DNA from: a virus
Direction: 5' to 3' (one strand)
DNA length: 64,000 bases
IMG/VR virus record: IMGVR_UViG_3300022927_000015
Span: 8,313 to 72,312 of that record
The position numbers and the translations under genes were made by a program. The notes beneath the pieces were generated by a model that saw only the letters and a list, made by a program, of their open reading frames with translations, did not search any database and was not told the DNA's origin. How positions within the stretch are numbered: position 1 is the first letter of the stretch; the number at the start of each line of letters is the position of its first letter. Below are positions 60,400 through 64,000 of the stretch, piece after piece.

Positions 60400-60430
60400 A
60401 TCTTTAATTGATTTGATTTATATATTTACT

Positions 60431-60506
60431 TGGAGCGGAAGACGGGGTTCGAACCCGCGACCTATAGCTTGGAAGGCTATCGCTCTACCAACTGAGCTAC
60501 TTCCGC
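60431..60506 (-). tRNA. tRNA-Gly(TCC)
   Basis: GCGGAAG..CTTCCGC-T-CCA; loop CT-TCC-AA. Confidence 0.95.
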
Positions 60507-60510
60507 AAAT

Positions 60511-60571
60511 GCAGGATATCGCTTAACCTGCGGTGAGTGTACCTTTCACCTTGTTCCCTTGCGGTACTACG
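60511..60571 (-). ncRNA. Candidate structured RNA between tRNA-Arg and tRNA-Gly (bulged-G/GNRA hairpin plus two hairpins)
   Basis: UAGUA-CC-GCAA-GG-GAA; GGUGA/UCACC; GCAGG/CCUGC. Confidence 0.5.
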
Positions 60572-60582
60572 ATTTTTTAGTG

Positions 60583-60656
60583 TGAACCAGACAGGATTCG
60601 AACCTGTGACCGTCTGCTTAGAAGGCAGATGCTCTATCCAACTGAGCTACTGGTCC
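60583..60656 (-). tRNA. tRNA-Arg(TCT)
   Basis: GGACCAG/CTGGTTC acceptor; TCTGC-CTTCTAA-GCAGA. Confidence 0.95.
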
Positions 60657-60664
60657 ATGATAGA

Positions 60665-60760
60665 GGAAAGGGCTTCGGGTCTTTCGGGGTTCCTGGTTTG
60701 TTGGCTTTACTATGAACCCTTTTTCAATGGTACCAACCTAACAGCTTCACTACCCTTTCC
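60665..60760 (-). ncRNA. Candidate pseudoknotted ncRNA immediately 5' of tRNA-Arg
   Basis: Terminal stem GGAAAGGGU/GCCCUUUCC; crossing helices GUUGGU/GCCAAC and GGGUUC/GAACCC. Confidence 0.5.
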
Positions 60761-60767
60761 AAGTTAT

Positions 60768-61031
60768 TTAATCCAATGTACCTTCACACCATTCTTCATA
60801 GAAGGCGTCATGGATTGGATTATCATCTTCAAGACTTTCCCAACCGTCGTCGGTAAGAACATAGAAGTCTGTTCCTTTAGGCGTTTCAGCTACTCGGAAG
60901 GTTAGCTCTTCACCATCATCAGTACGAATATCATACTCTTTAGTGGTTGCCCACCAAACTTCTTTTGATTCTAAAACTTCAATATTCATTGGCATTTCGT
61001 ATTCATGAGTTTCTTTAACCTCAATAGTCAT
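60768..61031 (-). CDS. Acidic hypothetical protein
   Basis: 87 aa ORF. Confidence 0.65.
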   Translation of the reverse strand: MTIEVKETHEYEMPMNIEVLESKEVWWATTKEYDIRTDDGEELTFRVAETPKGTDFYVLTDDGWESLEDDNPIHDAFYEEWCEGTLD

Positions 61032-61033
61032 TA

Positions 61034-61303
61034 TTAGATAGGCTTAATATCTTCAGCACTGGCCTGGAAGTCATAATAACGTTCTCCGCAGATTGCATCT
61101 TTATAGTTTTTCCAGTTACCAGGACGAAGCCAGTATTTATTGTTATGGCTGCTATATGAAAGGATAACTCCTTCTTTCCAAGTATCCCTGAATACAGGAA
61201 GTACTTCTCCGTTACGGTCAGTCTTACCTTCAGGATGTGGAACGATTGCCATTTTCTTAAGGTACATTACCTTCTCTCCAGATTTAAATTGTGTTTCTGT
61301 CAT
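61034..61303 (-). CDS. Hypothetical protein (SH3/KOW-like)
   Basis: FKSGEKV..EGVI..AEDIKPI. Confidence 0.65.
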   Translation of the reverse strand: MTETQFKSGEKVMYLKKMAIVPHPEGKTDRNGEVLPVFRDTWKEGVILSYSSHNNKYWLRPGNWKNYKDAICGERYYDFQASAEDIKPI

Positions 61304-61321
61304 AATAGTTATTTAAAAGAT

Positions 61322-61410
61322 TGGTACCGCTGGCCGGATTCGAACCGGCACTCACCGTTCGGCGAAAGGGATTTTAAGTCCCTCGTGTCTACCAATTTCA
61401 CCACAGCGGC
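61322..61410 (-). tRNA. tRNA-Leu(TAA)
   Basis: Long variable arm; AGGGA-CTTAAAA-TCCCT; CCA encoded. Confidence 0.95.
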
Positions 61411-61418
61411 ATTCATTA

Positions 61419-61640
61419 TTATTTACTGCTTTTGGTTTGTACACCTGAGTTAAACATTAGGCTTGCCAAAAGGTTAATACCTAAAGCCTGTAAAAAGGTG
61501 ATTTCATTGATAGGATTTACTGCAGGTACTAAACATGAGTTCCACAGTAATTGAACAGGCCACGCCATAATGAGGGCCAATAAGACTGCACCTATTAGTA
61601 GAAGAAATGCAGTTCCAAGGGGAGCGAATACTTTATCCAT
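61419..61640 (-). CDS. Small membrane protein
   Basis: LLWN...ITFLQALG; class I promoter upstream (61664-61694). Confidence 0.7.
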   Translation of the reverse strand: MDKVFAPLGTAFLLLIGAVLLALIMAWPVQLLWNSCLVPAVNPINEITFLQALGINLLASLMFNSGVQTKSSK

Positions 61641-61699
61641 TTTTTAATTTGTTTGTTACAGTATAATTATAACAGGTAGAATAGTTTTCTGAAAGAGTT

Positions 61700-61888
61700 T
61701 TAGTCGTCATCTTTAAAAAACATTCCCCAAATGAAAACTAATACAAAGAAAGGCCATAGGAAAATCCACATAATCCTTTCTCCTACTGAAGGAGGTTCCA
61801 TTTCCATCCGTGAATAAATGTTCTCAAAAGAAAAGGCACAGGCTATTCCAACTAGGAAATATAGCATGGCTATTTGGATGAGGTTCAT
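61700..61888 (-). CDS. Small membrane protein
   Basis: Two TM segments, IFLWPF. Confidence 0.65.
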   Translation of the reverse strand: MNLIQIAMLYFLVGIACAFSFENIYSRMEMEPPSVGERIMWIFLWPFFVLVFIWGMFFKDDD

Positions 61889-62163
61889 ACTTGAGCTAAT
61901 TCTTTAATTTGTGCATCACTAAGGCTACCAATCTTCTTACCTTTAACCTCGCCATTTTCCATATAGACCGTAGTAGGAATAGATCTGATTCCATACTTTT
62001 GAGCCAATTCAGTTTCTTGGTCTACATTTACAAAGACTACCTCTACTTCGGATTGTTCTTCTGCGAATTTTTCCATTCTAGGTTTCATCATTTTACATGG
62101 TCCGCACCATGATGCCCAAAAGTCAACTAATACCCGTGGGCCATTTAAATCTTCTTGTGTCAT
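61885..62163 (-). CDS. trxA: Thioredoxin
   Basis: DFWASWCGPC, VNVD, GIRSIPT. Confidence 0.95.
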   Translation of the reverse strand: MTQEDLNGPRVLVDFWASWCGPCKMMKPRMEKFAEEQSEVEVVFVNVDQETELAQKYGIRSIPTTVYMENGEVKGKKIGSLSDAQIKELAQV

Positions 62164-62169
62164 TTTATC

Positions 62170-62574
62170 TTAATTAGGATTTTCTGTATTTCTTAGCTTA
62201 AACCAATTTGTGATGCCTAAAGTAAGGGCTGTTAAAACTAAAGTGGATCCTATGTAAATAAGACCAGTCCATGCACCTAAAACATCGCCATGGTTTAAAA
62301 CCTGTATTGTAACTAACCCGATAGTAGTGAACCATACAAAAGGCCAAACAAACAAAGGTACACGGTTAACTTTGTTTTCAATCTTTAAAACCTTTTCATC
62401 ATGTACTACTCTACTTAAAGCATCTTGCAAATCTTTACCATAAGCAGGTATCTTTTCAATTGTACCGTCAGCGTTCTTAACGGTGATTTCATATTTTAAC
62501 CAACCATCAAAGGTTTTGCTTTCCTTACGGACTTCTGCGTGAATGGCTTTCCTTTTAGCCTTGTTCTTTTTCAT
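62170..62574 (-). CDS. Hypothetical membrane protein
   Basis: Two C-terminal TM segments; class II promoter 62592-62621. Confidence 0.7.
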   Translation of the reverse strand: MKKNKAKRKAIHAEVRKESKTFDGWLKYEITVKNADGTIEKIPAYGKDLQDALSRVVHDEKVLKIENKVNRVPLFVWPFVWFTTIGLVTIQVLNHGDVLGAWTGLIYIGSTLVLTALTLGITNWFKLRNTENPN

Positions 62575-62631
62575 TACTTATATTTGATTTATTATTATAT
62601 GGAGGAACCTTTTTTGGTTTAAAATAAAAAG

Positions 62632-62706
62632 AGCTCCCTGTAGGAATCGAACCCACAACCTCCTGAGTACAAATCAGGCGCTCTAGCCAAATTGAGCTAA
62701 GGGAGC
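62632..62706 (-). tRNA. tRNA-Thr(TGT)
   Basis: GCTCCCT/AGGGAGC; CCTGA-TTTGTAC-TCAGG. Confidence 0.93.
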
Positions 62707-62772
62707 TTTGGAGTCGTTTTTAAAGGACGCCGCCGGTACTCGTCAGTACTTTAACGGTTTTAAACGACCAAA
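62707..62772 (-). ncRNA. Candidate structured RNA between tRNA-Ile and tRNA-Thr
   Basis: Nested stems UUUGG/CCAAA, GUCGUUU/AAACGAC, UUAAAG/CUUUAA; core containing CUGACGA. Confidence 0.45.
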
Positions 62773-62796
62773 CCTTTTTACCTCACACACGAGTTG

Positions 62797-62870
62797 TAGG
62801 GATGACGGGACTTGAACCCATGACCTTGACTGTATAAGAGTCCTGCTCTAACCAACTGAGCTACATCCCC
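62797..62870 (-). tRNA. tRNA-Ile(TAT)
   Basis: GGGGATG/CATCCCT-A; GACT-CTTATAC-AGTC anticodon arm; A73. Confidence 0.88.
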
Positions 62871-62927
62871 AGATTGATAGCACCTATAGTTTATGTAGAG
62901 GTGCAGAACTCGAAAGTATGTGTGAGT

Positions 62928-63167
62928 TTATTCCGTGACCATTTCCTCGGTAGGCATATAGACTACTTCCACCGAAGAATCAAGGAATGTCGTTCCATCT
63001 CCCTTATCGCACTTTGTAAGAGTACCCTTTTGTTCCATCACCTTAAGCGGTATGGGTCCAAGCGGAGTAGAGATAGTAAACACGGAGCCAGGGAAGAGTT
63101 TCCAAAGCTTATAACGGTTACCCTTAACGGGGTCTTTAGCCATCCAGTCATTCAAGTTTCTTGACAT
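62928..63167 (-). CDS. Hypothetical protein
   Basis: 79 aa, A-rich upstream region. Confidence 0.6.
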   Translation of the reverse strand: MSRNLNDWMAKDPVKGNRYKLWKLFPGSVFTISTPLGPIPLKVMEQKGTLTKCDKGDGTTFLDSSVEVVYMPTEEMVTE

Positions 63168-63278
63168 GGTTTGTAAAATTAAAAGGTTTGTAAAAAAGAG
63201 TTGAGTTTATTCTAAGTATTCCGAATTTCAGCACATTTTTCTAGTGGCGGTCGCACATTGCAGCACATAGTTCACTAG

Positions 63279-63425
63279 TTACGGTAGAAGCCACTGTACC
63301 CAGTCAGCCTCGTAGACGTTTCCGATTGCCAGGATGATCCCCCAGACCAGTGTAGCACCTAAGCCAACACATACCGTGTTCATCAAAAACCATATAGCCT
63401 TTTCTGTTAGCTTTTTAGTCTTCAT
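63279..63425 (-). CDS. Small membrane protein
   Basis: MKTKKLTEKAIW.. single TM; class II promoter 63468-63497 implies a start downstream of the track start. Confidence 0.55.
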   Translation of the reverse strand: MKTKKLTEKAIWFLMNTVCVGLGATLVWGIILAIGNVYEADWVQWLLP

Positions 63426-63495
63426 ATTCACCATTCCATTTAAATACATTGCCGTAGTTAGATTTATTATTATATACATCCATTACCTAATAGTT

Positions 63496-63759
63496 TCAGT
63501 CCCTCTTAGTAAACGTAGGACAATCCTTTTCTATAACAAAGGCCGTGAAGGTCCGTCCGGGTCCCTCTTGTGGTTGGTTACCGAGAGCCGTAATGAAAGA
63601 CCCATTAGCGAAACCAAGAGGGGTGGCAGGACCAGAGTACCATGCGTGTAGTCCGTCTTCCTCGTACTGTCCCTGGGTCGCGCCGCACTGGCAGGTTTTG
63701 GGAGAGTCTACGAATAACCGGAAGGTATCGTTGCAAGAGTTACAGAATAAGAGTTTCAT
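63496..63759 (-). CDS. Zn-ribbon hypothetical protein
   Basis: MKLLFCNSCND..TCQCG. Confidence 0.7.
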   Translation of the reverse strand: MKLLFCNSCNDTFRLFVDSPKTCQCGATQGQYEEDGLHAWYSGPATPLGFANGSFITALGNQPQEGPGRTFTAFVIEKDCPTFTKRD

Positions 63760-63760
63760 G

Positions 63761-63919
63761 TTAGTCGTTTGAGATCATCTTAGTAGCCAAGTGGACCAGG
63801 GTTAGGATTAGGACACACCCGGCAATGGTTACTATACCGGTACTGATCGCGGCTAGGGAATCCGCGATGGAGGCGAGGGCCTCGGCTTGGTTTGTATGAT
63901 TACTTAAGAATGTAGTCAT
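63761..63919 (-). CDS. Small membrane protein (52 aa, below ORF-track cutoff)
   Basis: MTTFLSNHTNQAEALASIADSLAAISTGIVTIAGCVLILTLVHLATKMISND; directly after a class I promoter. Confidence 0.65.
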   Translation of the reverse strand: MTTFLSNHTNQAEALASIADSLAAISTGIVTIAGCVLILTLVHLATKMISND

Positions 63920-63945
63920 GTTATTAGTATTTGTTAATTACAGTA

Positions 63946-63976
63946 TAACTATAACAAGTGGACCTCCATTCTGAAA
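63946..63976 (-). promoter_or_regulatory. Class I promoter TTTCAG-N16-TTATAGTTA
   Basis: Nearly identical to 61664-61694 including the downstream TACTGTAA. Confidence 0.65.
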
Positions 63977-64000
63977 GTTTCTGGACAAGGATTTTTTACA

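Noticed and set aside
59381-61453. Plus-strand ORFs 59381, 60537 and 61235
   Set aside because: Antisense read-through of tRNA genes (GFEP/DSNR patterns)
62707-62772. Canonical hammerhead, twister or pistol ribozyme
   Set aside because: The GAAA element reads UAAA, stems I and II do not form as required, and twister/pistol conserved nucleotides are not matched; kept only as an unknown structured RNA
59283-62800. Theta (HDV-like) ribozymes at tRNA 3' ends
   Set aside because: Sequences immediately 3' of each tRNA do not show the nested double-pseudoknot pattern by eye
63761-63919. Apparent frameshifted pseudogene
   Set aside because: Re-translation shows an intact 52-codon ORF
1-64000. Stop-codon reassignment as seen in some Bacteroidota phages
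   Set aside because: Long genes are intact in code 11, TAG and TGA terminate well-packed genes, and no suppressor tRNA is present

Overview
This window is an AT-rich, gene-dense segment of a large T4-like (jumbo) myophage genome, almost all on the minus strand. The host is most likely a Bacteroidota/Flavobacteriia bacterium: genes lack Shine-Dalgarno sites, early promoters resemble Bacteroidota -33/-7 elements, and bS21 is Flavobacterium-like. Contents in order: a ligase-like DUF6267-type gene and an acidic head protein; a replication/recombination block (UvsW, UvsY, primase, gp32 SSB, RuvC-like resolvase) with GroES; a ~40 kb tail/baseplate/neck block (gp3-, gp6-, gp25-, gp13-, gp5-, gp27-, gp53-, gp48-like, two fibres) interrupted by an amidoligase and a ribosomal protein S1 homologue; dCMP deaminase, DNA ligase and DnaJ; a single plus-strand island of probable internal head proteins; a GH73 muralytic enzyme, PspC, a PNK-type phosphatase, bS21 and glycosyltransferases; and a region of 7 tRNAs. 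Three promoter classes can be read directly from the sequence. The most unusual signals are: (1) a translation module (S1, probably leaderless bS21, seven U34 tRNAs including a rare tRNA-Ile(UAU)); (2) structured RNA elements between the tRNAs, one resembling 23S rRNA H23-H24 and one pseudoknotted; (3) a ~12-nt-phased GGCA array in the SSB leader; (4) late promoters embedded in hairpins that occlude start codons; (5) an orphan antisense promoter that may mark an origin; (6) capsid-targeting tags on enzymes. All calls come from motif recognition by eye; no database search or folding program was run.
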